From NCBI GenBank assembly GCA_964371445.1, contig CAYJLK010000006.1, forward strand, positions 1 to 44,579: a stretch of 44,579 nucleotides of DNA. The letters run 5' to 3'. This stretch comes from an uncultured Candidatus Saccharibacteria bacterium. GTDB taxonomy: Bacteria > Patescibacteriota > Minisyncoccia > Phycocordibacterales > Phycocordibacteraceae. Made by a program: the position numbers and the translations under genes. Below the pieces are notes generated by a model that saw nothing but the letters and a program-made list of their open reading frames with translations, had not been told where the DNA came from and searched no databases. This document shows, in pieces, positions 15,496 to 24,415 of this stretch. Positions within the stretch are counted from its first letter, which is position 1; every line of letters starts with the position of its first letter.

Positions 15496-15570
15496 GCCGC
15501 GCTCTGCATCTGCCTCGATTCTTATTTCCCGCCCCCGTGCGCGGGGGCGGGAATTGAACCTGACAGTGGA

Positions 15571-16923
15571 TTAGTTTGAACCATTATGTCCATTTGCTCG
15601 ATGGCGTCCCTCTTTTATTTCTCGGTAGAGAGTCTGGAGTTCATTGGCGATGCGTGTACTCCGAAATTGGTCGGCGGTTTGTTTCGCAGCGTCCGCCATG
15701 GTAAGACGTTTTTCTTCATTGCCGAGCAGGTCTTGTGCACAGGCAATCGCCTCGCTCGTCGTTGATACCAAGTACCCGTTTTCTCCATGACAGATGATTT
15801 CAGGCGCAACCCCGACAGAGAACGCAACTGGCACCAGACCTTGTGACATTCCCTCTACGAGGCTGAGCGAAAAGCCCTCGTAACGAGAAGGGAGAAAGAG
15901 AATGCTTCCATACAGCGGCGCAAGTGCTCCCGGAATAAGGTCCTTACGAAGATTGACGTACATATAATGTTTCGGAAAAGCGACTCGCAACCAATCTTTG
16001 AGTTTGCGATTCGTGGTCATACAGACGGTCGTTTTAGGTGTATCTGGGAAAGCTCGATAAAACTGAACCAGCCGAGACAGTCCCTTCAGTTTCAAGGTGA
16101 ATACATCATTGCCGAGCCGACCAAGAAATACTAAGTGTGGAGATTGCCGTGTGACGTCGCGCGGAGGATCAAACCAATAATCCTCAATCGCGTTATGAAT
16201 AACGTGAATATGGTCAATGCGGACACCCATATGAATAAGTTCATTGCGCACTTTTTGTGACGTGGCGATGCAGGCCGTTGCGCGTGTCGCCGCGATAGTC
16301 TCAATATCGGCGATATCCTCCATAGGTCTCAGTGTCTTAAGATCGAATTCCGGAATGATGCCAAGCCGTAGCAACTCCCTGAATACTCCACGCTCGTCGT
16401 CGGGTAAGTCAGAAGTGCGCGGAGTGGATTCGAGATATCCTCGCCCGGTCGATCCGAAATGACAAACGACCGGTACATTGAACGCGAGAAACGGGAGCGG
16501 CGTGTACGTCGTTCCCTGGATGATGTCGTATTTGAGCATGGCCTCCTTATGTTCAAGCAAGGAATAGAAGAACAGGATGTTAGCGAGGCCTTTTAAATGC
16601 ACGGGTGCATCGGTGAGCTGTGTACGTGGATAGAAGTTGCGGACCTCTACGCCATGCCCTGCGAGAGCAGCAGCCATAAGCCGATTGATTTGCGCGGCTC
16701 CAGTGTGCACACCGGTGTGCACCTTCTTCTCATTATGGATAAAGGCAATCCGAATTCTCTTCGGAACGGATTTCTTGGAGACTCGCCTGACTGGTTCCGA
16801 GCGAAATAATCTCAACGCCGACCTGGTTGCGAGGTATGTGCGCGTCTCGAGTCCGTAGTTCTTTGGTTTTTGTGCCACGTACCAGAAAGGATAACACGGA
16901 GCTTCGATTGAACTCTGCACCAA
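15571..16923 (-). CDS. Glycosyltransferase family 4 (GT-B fold)
   Basis: The C-terminal EGFSLSLVEGMSQGLVPVAFSVGVAPEII is the classic E-x7-E region of GT4 enzymes. The N-terminal RIRIAFIHNEKKVHTGVHTGAA is typical. The first ~55 aa of the ORF may not be translated. Confidence 0.85.
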   Translation of the reverse strand: MVQSSIEAPCYPFWYVAQKPKNYGLETRTYLATRSALRLFRSEPVRRVSKKSVPKRIRIAFIHNEKKVHTGVHTGAAQINRLMAAALAGHGVEVRNFYPRTQLTDAPVHLKGLANILFFYSLLEHKEAMLKYDIIQGTTYTPLPFLAFNVPVVCHFGSTGRGYLESTPRTSDLPDDERGVFRELLRLGIIPEFDLKTLRPMEDIADIETIAATRATACIATSQKVRNELIHMGVRIDHIHVIHNAIEDYWFDPPRDVTRQSPHLVFLGRLGNDVFTLKLKGLSRLVQFYRAFPDTPKTTVCMTTNRKLKDWLRVAFPKHYMYVNLRKDLIPGALAPLYGSILFLPSRYEGFSLSLVEGMSQGLVPVAFSVGVAPEIICHGENGYLVSTTSEAIACAQDLLGNEEKRLTMADAAKQTADQFRSTRIANELQTLYREIKEGRHRANGHNGSN

Positions 16924-16989
16924 TAATGACGATGTATCGTTGTAGATAAGTGTTATTATTTACTTGATTACCCACCAATTAGCTTATAT

Positions 16990-17178
16990 ATGGACATATT
17001 TAAAAGTTCGACATTTACATGGTGGCAGGTCGGCCTTTTCAAGCTTTCGGTCGCCACGTTTAGCATTGCCATTGGGGCGTATTGGCGGGACGTATTCCTA
17101 CCATACCTCACGACGATTATTGTCATTGCCGTCACCAGTGGGTTTTATGTAGGATACGTGTGGTTCAAACAACACTAG
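16990..17178 (+). CDS. Small two-helix membrane protein
   Basis: 62-aa ORF with two hydrophobic segments. No motif. Confidence 0.45.
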   Translation: MDIFKSSTFTWWQVGLFKLSVATFSIAIGAYWRDVFLPYLTTIIVIAVTSGFYVGYVWFKQH

Positions 17179-17208
17179 CCACAGCATAGAGATACGTCTA
17201 GTAGATAT

Positions 17209-17475
17209 ATGCCGGCCTTGCACCACCACCTAATCGATAAGTTTGCTTTAGCAAACGGATTTGTTTCAGGTATTGCGCTGTATCCGCAGGTATGGACAGT
17301 TCTCATGAGCGGGTCCACAGTCGACATCTCTTTATCGACCTTTATTCTCATTTTTTTCAATAGCGTTGTTTGGCTACTCTATGCTATTCACCGAGGTCTT
17401 ATCTCGCTTGGTATTGCATCAGTTCTTAATATTGTAGCGAGCAGCATTCTTATTTTGGTTATTATTATCTTATAG
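17209..17475 (+). CDS. SemiSWEET-like (PQ-loop/MtN3 half-transporter) membrane protein
   Basis: 88 aa and three TM helices. The PQ motif LYPQVW sits in TM1 and ISLSTFILIFFNSVVWLLYA matches the SemiSWEET pattern. Confidence 0.7.
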   Translation: MPALHHHLIDKFALANGFVSGIALYPQVWTVLMSGSTVDISLSTFILIFFNSVVWLLYAIHRGLISLGIASVLNIVASSILILVIIIL

Positions 17476-17521
17476 ATAAGAGTCGTGCGGCATTTGTCTA
17501 GAATGGTATCCTGTAACTATT

Positions 17522-20230
17522 ATGGCGCTTTCTTGGTATGCGGAGAGGTTGGAGACTATTTTTAATACTCTCCAAACAAATGAGCACGGACTTAGTTCTG
17601 ACAAGGCCGCACGACGACTGAAAGAAGATGGATTGAACGCTCTTCCTGAGACGAAACCCGATGGCTACCCGCTCATTTTCCTGAGGCAGTTCCAGAGCCC
17701 ACTTATCTATATTCTACTTGCCGCAAGTGCCGCGGTATTTTTCTTAGGAGAAGTAGCCGATGGATCCATTATACTCGCAGTCCTTTTGTTTAATGCGATA
17801 GTCGGTACTATCCAGGAAGGAAAGGCGCAGAACACGCTTCGCGCACTCAAGCGTTATATAGAAACAACAGCAACTGTCGTGCGCGAGGGGATAGAGATTT
17901 CCATTCCTGACTATGAGGTAGTGCGAGGCGATATTCTCATGCTGCGAGAGGGAGAAAAGGTACCTTCTGACGCGCGTATTATTGTTGCAAACGGACTCAA
18001 GATAGACGAAGCATCGCTCACCGGTGAGTCCGAGCCGGTCGGGAAAACAGCTGAAGTGATTGGTACCAAAGAGCTCCCGGTCGCTGAGCAACGAAACATG
18101 GTATTCAAGGGAACCAATGTTGTTATCGGCAATGGTCAGGCGGTAGTCGTGACGACTGGCGTAAACACTGTTATCGGCACAATTGCGAAGGAAATTTCAA
18201 CTATCGATACGGAGATACCGCTCAAGGCAAATATTCGTTATCTTTCTCGGGTCATCATTGCGGTGGTCGGGATGATTAGTATCACGCTTTTTATACTCGG
18301 GCTCATCAAGGGAGAAGAAATCATTACCATCTTTGCAACGGTCGTTTCGCTCGCCGTGTCGGTCATTCCTGAAGGACTTCCTATTGTCATCACACTCGTG
18401 CTTGCGACTAGCGTGTGGCGAATGTCGAAACGCAACGCACTCATAAAGAAATTGCAGGCCGTTGAAGCGCTCGGACAAGCGCGGATTATCGCGGTGGATA
18501 AAACCGGTACCATCACAAAGAATGAACTTGTCGTCCGGGAAGTGTGGACAGAAGAAAAGACTTTTTCAATCAGTGGGATCGGCTATGAGCCAGAAGGCAG
18601 TGTGATGATCGATGGATCGGTCGTGGATGCCGCCAATCACCCCGAATTGCTCCTTGTCGGCAAGATGGCGGCCCTTGGTGCCAGTGCGCGAGTGACTTTC
18701 TCTGAAGCGGAAAGTCGCTGGCGTGTGACCGGCGACCCGACTGAGGCGGCAATACGAGTTTTCGGAGAAAAAGTCGGATTTAAGAAAGATGACTTGTTGC
18801 ATGAATCTACTCTCGTATCCGAAATTCCTTTCGACTACAAGCTTAAGTATCACGCCGCTCTTTCTGGCGCAGAAGGGGACAATCTCTTGATTATTAGCGG
18901 TGCACCCGAATCAATTCTTTCGCTGTGCACAAAGATTCGACGCGACGGCGGCACTCATCCGATGCAACACACAGATCGAAAAGAAGCCGAGGATATGTTC
19001 GAAACAATGTCGAGTCGAGGATTGCGAGTCGTGGCAGTGGCGATGCGTGAGAAATTCGCGGAGCTTCTTGAGCCCGATGCAGTCCGTGACCTCGCATTTG
19101 TCGGTTTTTTCGGCATGCAGGATATCCTGCGTCCAGAAGTTGCCGAAGCGATGATGAGAGCATCCTCCGCTGGTATCAAAGTAGTGATGATTACCGGCGA
19201 TTACACACTCACTGCTCGCGCCATTGCTAAAGAAGCGGGTATTTGGCAAGAAGGCGATGAGTTGTTAACCGGCGTGATGATAGACAAGATGTCGGATGAT
19301 GAATTGAAAGTGAGAGTCGCAAATGTGTCGGTCTATGCGCGAGTGACGCCGGAGCACAAATTGCGAATTATCAACGCCTACAAAAAGCGTGGGGAGATAA
19401 TCGCGATGACCGGTGATGGTGTGAATGATGCCCCCTCTTTGGTAGCTGCCGACCTTGGTGTGGCGATGGGCAAGATTGGTACTGAAGTTGCGAAGGAAGC
19501 GGCAGACATTGTACTTCTGGATGACAATTTTGGCAGTATTATCTCTGCAGTTGAAGAAGGTAGAAGTATCTACAAGACCATCAAGAAAGTCATTTTGTAT
19601 CTCTTCTCTACCAGCCTCGGTGAAGTGCTCACGATTACGGGGGCGCTCATACTTGGATACCCACTCCCGCTTCTCGCGGCACAAATCATCTGGCTCAATT
19701 TTGTTACCGACGGATTCCTCGATGTGGCGCTCGCAATGGAGCCAAAGGAGAGCGGACTGCTCTCGGGCACATTTGAGCCGCCGAAGAAGTATCTCGTCGA
19801 TGGTCTTATGGTGCGGCGCATGATTTTTATGGCCCTCCCCATGATGTTCGGCACACTCTTCCTGTTCCAGAAGTATTTCGAGTCCGATATGGGAAAGGCG
19901 TGGACGATTTCACTCACGACACTTGCGGTCTTTCAATGGTTCAATGCATGGAACTGCCGTTCCGAAAGCAGGTCAGTCTTTCAAATGAATTTCTTCTCCA
20001 ATAAATATTTGCTTGGCGCGACGGCGATAGTCATGTCTCTCCAGATGCTCGCGGTGTACAATCCCTTCTTCCAGCGATTCCTGCACACAGTACCACTTAC
20101 TCTTTCTGAATGGCTGATGGCTATAACGGTAGCGACATCTATCATTTGGATGGAGGAGATTCGAAAGTTTTTCTATCGCAGAAGAAATGAAGGGTTGCGT
20201 CTGTTTTCTCCATCCCTGATTAATTCTTGA
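17522..20230 (+). CDS. P-type cation-transporting ATPase (type II, Ca2+/Mg2+-like)
   Basis: Contains the phosphorylation motif DKTGTITKN, TGES in the actuator domain, PEGLP in TM4 and the hinge motif MTGDGVNDAPSL. Length is 902 aa with ten predicted TM segments. Confidence 0.95.
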   Translation: MALSWYAERLETIFNTLQTNEHGLSSDKAARRLKEDGLNALPETKPDGYPLIFLRQFQSPLIYILLAASAAVFFLGEVADGSIILAVLLFNAIVGTIQEGKAQNTLRALKRYIETTATVVREGIEISIPDYEVVRGDILMLREGEKVPSDARIIVANGLKIDEASLTGESEPVGKTAEVIGTKELPVAEQRNMVFKGTNVVIGNGQAVVVTTGVNTVIGTIAKEISTIDTEIPLKANIRYLSRVIIAVVGMISITLFILGLIKGEEIITIFATVVSLAVSVIPEGLPIVITLVLATSVWRMSKRNALIKKLQAVEALGQARIIAVDKTGTITKNELVVREVWTEEKTFSISGIGYEPEGSVMIDGSVVDAANHPELLLVGKMAALGASARVTFSEAESRWRVTGDPTEAAIRVFGEKVGFKKDDLLHESTLVSEIPFDYKLKYHAALSGAEGDNLLIISGAPESILSLCTKIRRDGGTHPMQHTDRKEAEDMFETMSSRGLRVVAVAMREKFAELLEPDAVRDLAFVGFFGMQDILRPEVAEAMMRASSAGIKVVMITGDYTLTARAIAKEAGIWQEGDELLTGVMIDKMSDDELKVRVANVSVYARVTPEHKLRIINAYKKRGEIIAMTGDGVNDAPSLVAADLGVAMGKIGTEVAKEAADIVLLDDNFGSIISAVEEGRSIYKTIKKVILYLFSTSLGEVLTITGALILGYPLPLLAAQIIWLNFVTDGFLDVALAMEPKESGLLSGTFEPPKKYLVDGLMVRRMIFMALPMMFGTLFLFQKYFESDMGKAWTISLTTLAVFQWFNAWNCRSESRSVFQMNFFSNKYLLGATAIVMSLQMLAVYNPFFQRFLHTVPLTLSEWLMAITVATSIIWMEEIRKFFYRRRNEGLRLFSPSLINS

Positions 20231-20250
20231 TGGGCACCGGAATCGAACTG
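20230..20250 (-). repeat. tRNA 3'-end-like 21-mer, copy 2 (ATGGGCACCGGAATCGAACTG)
   Basis: 19 of 21 identity with 15475-15495, same orientation. It begins at the last base of the ATPase stop codon. Confidence 0.5.
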
Positions 20251-20343
20251 ATTTCGCAGTCAAAATAGCGAGGACATACAAGACGAAGAAAGCCAGGAAG
20301 AGTCGCGACATATGCCGCGGCTTTTACGATATAATCAGTAGCG

Positions 20344-21429
20344 ATGAGAAGAATAACTTCAATTCTCGGTCTCCTACTTTTCGCGTTGCCCTCGGTGTCC
20401 TCTGCGGCGGCGCTCACTCAACAGCAATCATCCAGCCTTATTGCCGTGGTGCAGTCGTCTCCCGGCACACCCGCAAGCGCCTTTGTTTCCCTTATAACCG
20501 CCTTCTCGAACATAACGGTAACTCAAGCAATCAGTCTCATTACCGTTGTTCAGGCCGCTCCCGGCGTGCCCGCAGATGCTTTTGTTGATTTGCTGACTTC
20601 TTTTACCGTTGATGCTGTCGCATCGCAACCGACTGCGCCAGCGAACGACCCGCCCGCAACACCGACGCACGCGCTCCCGACCGACAGCGTGTATCCCGCA
20701 GGCACGCCCGGTTTCGACATCTCCTTTAGTACGGTGTCGTACCCATCCACGTCGTTTGGCTTTGCGGTTATCGGCGCCACCGGCGGCAAGGCGTTTACGC
20801 ATAACGCGCGTATGCCCTCACAGTTCAATTGGGCGCGAGCGAGCTCAGTGGTGGCGCCCACCATTTACCTGAACGTGAATGCGCCGTATGGAAGTTCGGC
20901 TACGATGGCGAACGTGAGTTCGCCGAAAGAATGCGATACGCACTTCGACGCGGCAGCCACCTCGGCATTTTCCGGCGGCACGTTCCCGGAGCCTACGGTT
21001 TGCGCCGGCTACAACTACGGCTACAACACTGCGAAAGACGCATACGCCTATGCATCAAAGCTGTGGTATTTTCCCGTGCGTTTCTGGTGGCTTGACGTTG
21101 AGGAGGCGAACAGCTGGTCCGACGATACGGCAGTGAATGGCGCGGTCATTCAAGGCGCGATTGATTATCTGAACACCGAAGGGGTACGAGCGGGCATCTA
21201 CTCGGTGCCGTATATGTGGAGACTTATCGCGGGGAGCTCCTTCACGCCCACACAAACCATACACGGCGCCGCGGTTTCAATCCCCAGCTGGTATGCGATT
21301 GGTATCGCGAATCGCGTTGATGCGATAAACGCGTGCAAGACAAAATACGGGTTCTTTGCCGACAGTCCCATCTGGATTATCCAATACGTGGCGGACTCAG
21401 TCGCCGTAGACCAGAACATCGCTTGCTAG
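20344..21429 (+). CDS. Secreted protein with N-terminal tandem repeat and glycoside-hydrolase-like (GH25/DUF1906-type) C-terminal domain
   Basis: The signal peptide is MRRITSILGLLLFALPSVSSA. Two ~30-aa repeats are SLIAVVQSSPGTPASAFVSLITAFS and SLITVVQAAPGVPADAFVDLLTSFT. The C-terminal FDISF...WWLDVEEANSW...GIYS resembles TIM-barrel muramidase-like domains. The function call is weak. Confidence 0.6.
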   Translation: MRRITSILGLLLFALPSVSSAAALTQQQSSSLIAVVQSSPGTPASAFVSLITAFSNITVTQAISLITVVQAAPGVPADAFVDLLTSFTVDAVASQPTAPANDPPATPTHALPTDSVYPAGTPGFDISFSTVSYPSTSFGFAVIGATGGKAFTHNARMPSQFNWARASSVVAPTIYLNVNAPYGSSATMANVSSPKECDTHFDAAATSAFSGGTFPEPTVCAGYNYGYNTAKDAYAYASKLWYFPVRFWWLDVEEANSWSDDTAVNGAVIQGAIDYLNTEGVRAGIYSVPYMWRLIAGSSFTPTQTIHGAAVSIPSWYAIGIANRVDAINACKTKYGFFADSPIWIIQYVADSVAVDQNIAC

Positions 21430-21464
21430 CGGTGCGGGACAAAGTGGCTGGTACACTGCTCCCC

Positions 21465-21851
21465 ATGGACCGCGATACTTTTGAAAAGCTGGTGGAGGAG
21501 GGATTCTTGCTTTTGCCGGAGAAATTCCGCGCGAAGATTAAGAATGTCGCACTTCTGGTCGAGGATGAACCGTCGGAGGAGGTGCGTGCGCGAGAGGGCC
21601 TGACCGGAGATGAGACACTTCTCGGTTTGTATCAGGGCATTCCGAATACCGCGCGCGGTGACTCCTATGGCGTCGGCCCCACGCTCCCAGACACCATCAC
21701 GCTCTATCAACTGCCGATAGAAGATGCGGCACACGAAGACGGAGTAGAGGTGCGCACCGTCATCGCCGAGACTATCTGGCACGAATACGCTCATTATTTC
21801 GGCATGGATGAAGACGAAGTGCGGCTGCGCGAAGAGGAGCGCGAGCCGTAG
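21465..21851 (+). CDS. Small zinc metallopeptidase-family protein (minimal HExxH-type, COG3824-like)
   Basis: ATG at 21465 (MDRDTFEKLVEEG...). The motif TIWHEYAHYFG lies near the C-terminus. The longer track ORF (21333) overlaps the preceding gene. Confidence 0.7.
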   Translation: MDRDTFEKLVEEGFLLLPEKFRAKIKNVALLVEDEPSEEVRAREGLTGDETLLGLYQGIPNTARGDSYGVGPTLPDTITLYQLPIEDAAHEDGVEVRTVIAETIWHEYAHYFGMDEDEVRLREEEREP

Positions 21852-21928
21852 GCGCGCTGCGGCCATAGTTGAAATATTCTCTCTTTATTGGTGTACTTAC
21901 CGGCAGTACCTACAAAGAAAGGGATAGC

Positions 21929-22342
21929 ATGGAAAAACCTAGGCAAATCGTGCACAACGCTCACCAGGAATTATGGTTCCGGCCCAGCCCGGCTCTGCCT
22001 TTCGCTGTTCTTTCAGAGCTCTTTGAGAGAAAGGGGATGATTGCGACGCCCCGCCTCGGGGAGCGCGATTTTTCCCATCCGAAAGGGTATGTCCTGAATA
22101 CTATGGCAACGGCGCGCCTCTTCGACGAACGTTGGAATGAATGCCTCCGCGAGGATGTGCTCATCACCAGAGTCGTGAGCAAGCCGCTCCGCGACTTCAC
22201 CGATTCGGAAATGAAGGACACCGTCTATAGTTCGGTAGAGGCCGTACGGGAGGACCTCTCGTACTTCAATAAAGACGGGTCGGTTACGCTTGATGACACG
22301 GTCAGTCTTGTTGAATTTTCTCGCATTAACCACGGGGAGTAA
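21929..22342 (+). CDS. Hypothetical protein (possibly ASCH-like)
   Basis: I chose the ATG at 21929 (MEKPRQIV...), which is preceded by AAAGAAAGGGA. The track start at 21869 is a TTG. No firm motif. Confidence 0.5.
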   Translation: MEKPRQIVHNAHQELWFRPSPALPFAVLSELFERKGMIATPRLGERDFSHPKGYVLNTMATARLFDERWNECLREDVLITRVVSKPLRDFTDSEMKDTVYSSVEAVREDLSYFNKDGSVTLDDTVSLVEFSRINHGE

Positions 22343-22345
22343 CCT

Positions 22346-23359
22346 ATGAACATCGAATCATTGCTACAGGAGGGGATTGCGCGCGTGGCCGAACTCCCGC
22401 CGGATAATTGGCGGGAAGTATGCGGTACCGCACCTCTGACGGTTCCGCTCATCGCCGAGGATTATCCGGCGAAGACGGCGGTGATGTGGAACGCAATGTA
22501 CCGAAGGCTCTTGGTGCCGGGCCGGAACATGATGCTTGTCGCTGACCCAAAGGATCTCGCGCGGATTGTGGAAGCATTCCGTACGGACCCGCGGTATCGG
22601 GGCGGCGGCGCCGGAGTCGGGTTCAAGGAAGCAATCATCCCGTATCTCGATGAGGTGACGCCGCTCGCGAAAGCGATGGGTGCCGTCAATATCATCAAGA
22701 AGGATGAACGCGGCCGGCTCATCGGCGACAACACCGATGGCGAGGGGTACGCGCGCTCTCTCGAGGGCATCCTTGCCGCAAAAGGGAGGGAGCTCTTCGG
22801 TGCGCGTGTTCTCATGCTCGGTGCGGGAGGTTCGGGACGGGCGATCAGTTTCGCGCTCGCGAATAAGGGTGCGCAGCTTGTCATCCTGAACCGTACCGAA
22901 TCAAAGGCGCACGAACTCGCCGAGTCGCTGAACCGTTACTTCGAGACCGGTGCTTCGGTTGGCGGCGGGAGGGAGATGCTTCCTGCACTGCTTGCCAAGG
23001 CGAATGCTGTGGTATCGGTTATCGATGATGCGACATCGCCTCTGGACGCATACTCGACGATCGGCGACATGGAACTCCCGGTCACGCCGGAGTCCATTGC
23101 ACGGAATCACGCCTCGGCGGAACAGCGCTTGCAGAAAGCGAAACGGTCGCTCGTTGTCTCGGACATTCGCATCCGCAAAGAAGAAACGCCCATGCTTGCA
23201 CAGGCGCGGGCACTCGGGTTCGAGACACTCGACGGCATACCGATGGTCGTGAACCAAGGAGTCGCCGCTTTCTGGTGGCTCTACGCCGATGCACTCGCAA
23301 AGCGGAACGTACCGCAGGAGGACGTGGCAGAGACCATGCGTGCGGCCGCTGGATTGTGA
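22346..23359 (+). CDS. Shikimate/quinate 5-dehydrogenase-family protein (divergent)
   Basis: Has the GDNTDGEGY (NTDG) motif and the Rossmann loop LMLGAGGSGRAISFAL. The usual N-terminal substrate motifs are replaced (GAGVGFKEA instead of NVTxPxK), so substrate specificity is uncertain. Confidence 0.75.
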   Translation: MNIESLLQEGIARVAELPPDNWREVCGTAPLTVPLIAEDYPAKTAVMWNAMYRRLLVPGRNMMLVADPKDLARIVEAFRTDPRYRGGGAGVGFKEAIIPYLDEVTPLAKAMGAVNIIKKDERGRLIGDNTDGEGYARSLEGILAAKGRELFGARVLMLGAGGSGRAISFALANKGAQLVILNRTESKAHELAESLNRYFETGASVGGGREMLPALLAKANAVVSVIDDATSPLDAYSTIGDMELPVTPESIARNHASAEQRLQKAKRSLVVSDIRIRKEETPMLAQARALGFETLDGIPMVVNQGVAAFWWLYADALAKRNVPQEDVAETMRAAAGL

Positions 23360-23377
23360 ACGCGCAGGTTCTTATGG

Positions 23378-23410
23378 GCCGGCTTCTTCGGAAGCCGGCT
23401 CTTTGTTTTT
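23378..23410 (+). terminator. Rho-independent terminator
   Basis: A 9-bp stem GCCGGCTTC / GAAGCCGGC closed by a TTCG tetraloop, followed by TCTTTGTTTTT. Confidence 0.7.
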
Positions 23411-24410
23411 AGGAGACGGTATTTGTGGGGGAGCCGCTCGTGAAGTGCTGAATATTCTCAATGGTCGTGTCGAGGATGCGCTCGATTGCCTCGGTTGTGT
23501 TGAATGCGAGGTGCGGGGTCACGATGACGCGCGGGTGCTCAATGAGGTAATGATTCTCGAGCGTTGTTTTAAGCGACTCGGCGTTCGGGTGCGGCGCGGT
23601 GAGCAGTGACATTTCATCATCGAGTTCTCCCTCTTCTTCGAGTACGTCGAGTGCGGCGCCCGCGAGCACACCAGCCTTAAGCGCCTCAACAAGCGCATCG
23701 GTCTCGACGACCGCGCCGCGCGCGGTGTTGATGAGGTAGGTGCCTTTTTTGATAGAGCCGATATTTTCTTTGTTGAGGAGGTGATGCGTGTGCGCGTTGT
23801 AGGGAACATGGAGCGTGATGATGTCGGATTGCGCAAGCAGTTCAGGGAGTGTCGCGTAGGTGAAATTAAATTCTTTCGCGCGCGCAGGGTCGGGATGCGT
23901 CTCGAAGCCGAGCACCTTCATGCCAAAGCCGTTCGCCATGCGGATGACGTGTATGCCGATATGCCCGCACCCGATAACGCCGAGCGTCTTGCCGGCGAGG
24001 TCAAAGCCGCGCAGGCCGGTGGGCGAGAAGGCTCCGGTGCGCACGCGCTCATCCGCATCAATAATGCGCCTTGAGAGTGCGAGAAGGAGTGCGAAGGTGA
24101 ACTCGGCAACCGTATTCTCGCCGTAGAAGGGGACATTACAGACCGTGATGCCGCGTGCCGAAGCTGCAGCGAGGTCAATATGGTCAAAGCCGGTAGAGCG
24201 GGTGGCGATGAGCTTCAGCTTAGGGAAACGGGACATCTCTGCCTCGCCGATCGTTGATTCTATAAAGGTGCAGAGTGCCTCGGCCTCCGAATCTGACAGG
24301 TCTGGGTAGGTAGCGAGCGACCCCTCATGGAAGTCGATGTCCTGTCCCTCAAGCCGCGCTCGCACATACGCATCCTCCCACGCCTCACCTGAAAAATAAT
24401 GAATCTTCAT
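23409..24410 (-). CDS. D-isomer-specific 2-hydroxyacid dehydrogenase (D-lactate/glycerate/hydroxypyruvate reductase type)
   Basis: NAD-binding loop GVIGCGHIGIHV. The catalytic region is ...NTARGAVVETDALVEAL... and ...VIVTPHLAFNT. Length is 333 aa. Confidence 0.9.
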   Translation of the reverse strand: MKIHYFSGEAWEDAYVRARLEGQDIDFHEGSLATYPDLSDSEAEALCTFIESTIGEAEMSRFPKLKLIATRSTGFDHIDLAAASARGITVCNVPFYGENTVAEFTFALLLALSRRIIDADERVRTGAFSPTGLRGFDLAGKTLGVIGCGHIGIHVIRMANGFGMKVLGFETHPDPARAKEFNFTYATLPELLAQSDIITLHVPYNAHTHHLLNKENIGSIKKGTYLINTARGAVVETDALVEALKAGVLAGAALDVLEEEGELDDEMSLLTAPHPNAESLKTTLENHYLIEHPRVIVTPHLAFNTTEAIERILDTTIENIQHFTSGSPTNTVS

Positions 24411-24415
24411 ATACT

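Noticed and set aside
15528-15551. 10-bp GC hairpin CCCGCCCCCG-TGCG-CGGGGGCGGG just downstream of the GT4 gene, considered as its terminator.
   Set aside because: No U-tract follows on the minus strand (AAATAAGAATC). It is better explained as part of a degenerate inverted tRNA-fMet 3' fragment.
15014-15579. Several 60-120-aa ORFs on both strands in the 15.0-15.6 kb region.
   Set aside because: The region is a patchwork of tRNA fragments, hairpins and terminators. The ORFs overlap each other, have no start context and have Arg/Pro-rich composition.
21333-21464. Longer start for the small metallopeptidase gene.
   Set aside because: It overlaps the 3' end of the secreted-protein gene by ~100 nt, and the added residues are Arg-rich and non-conserved in appearance. 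The ATG at 21465 gives the typical family N-terminus.
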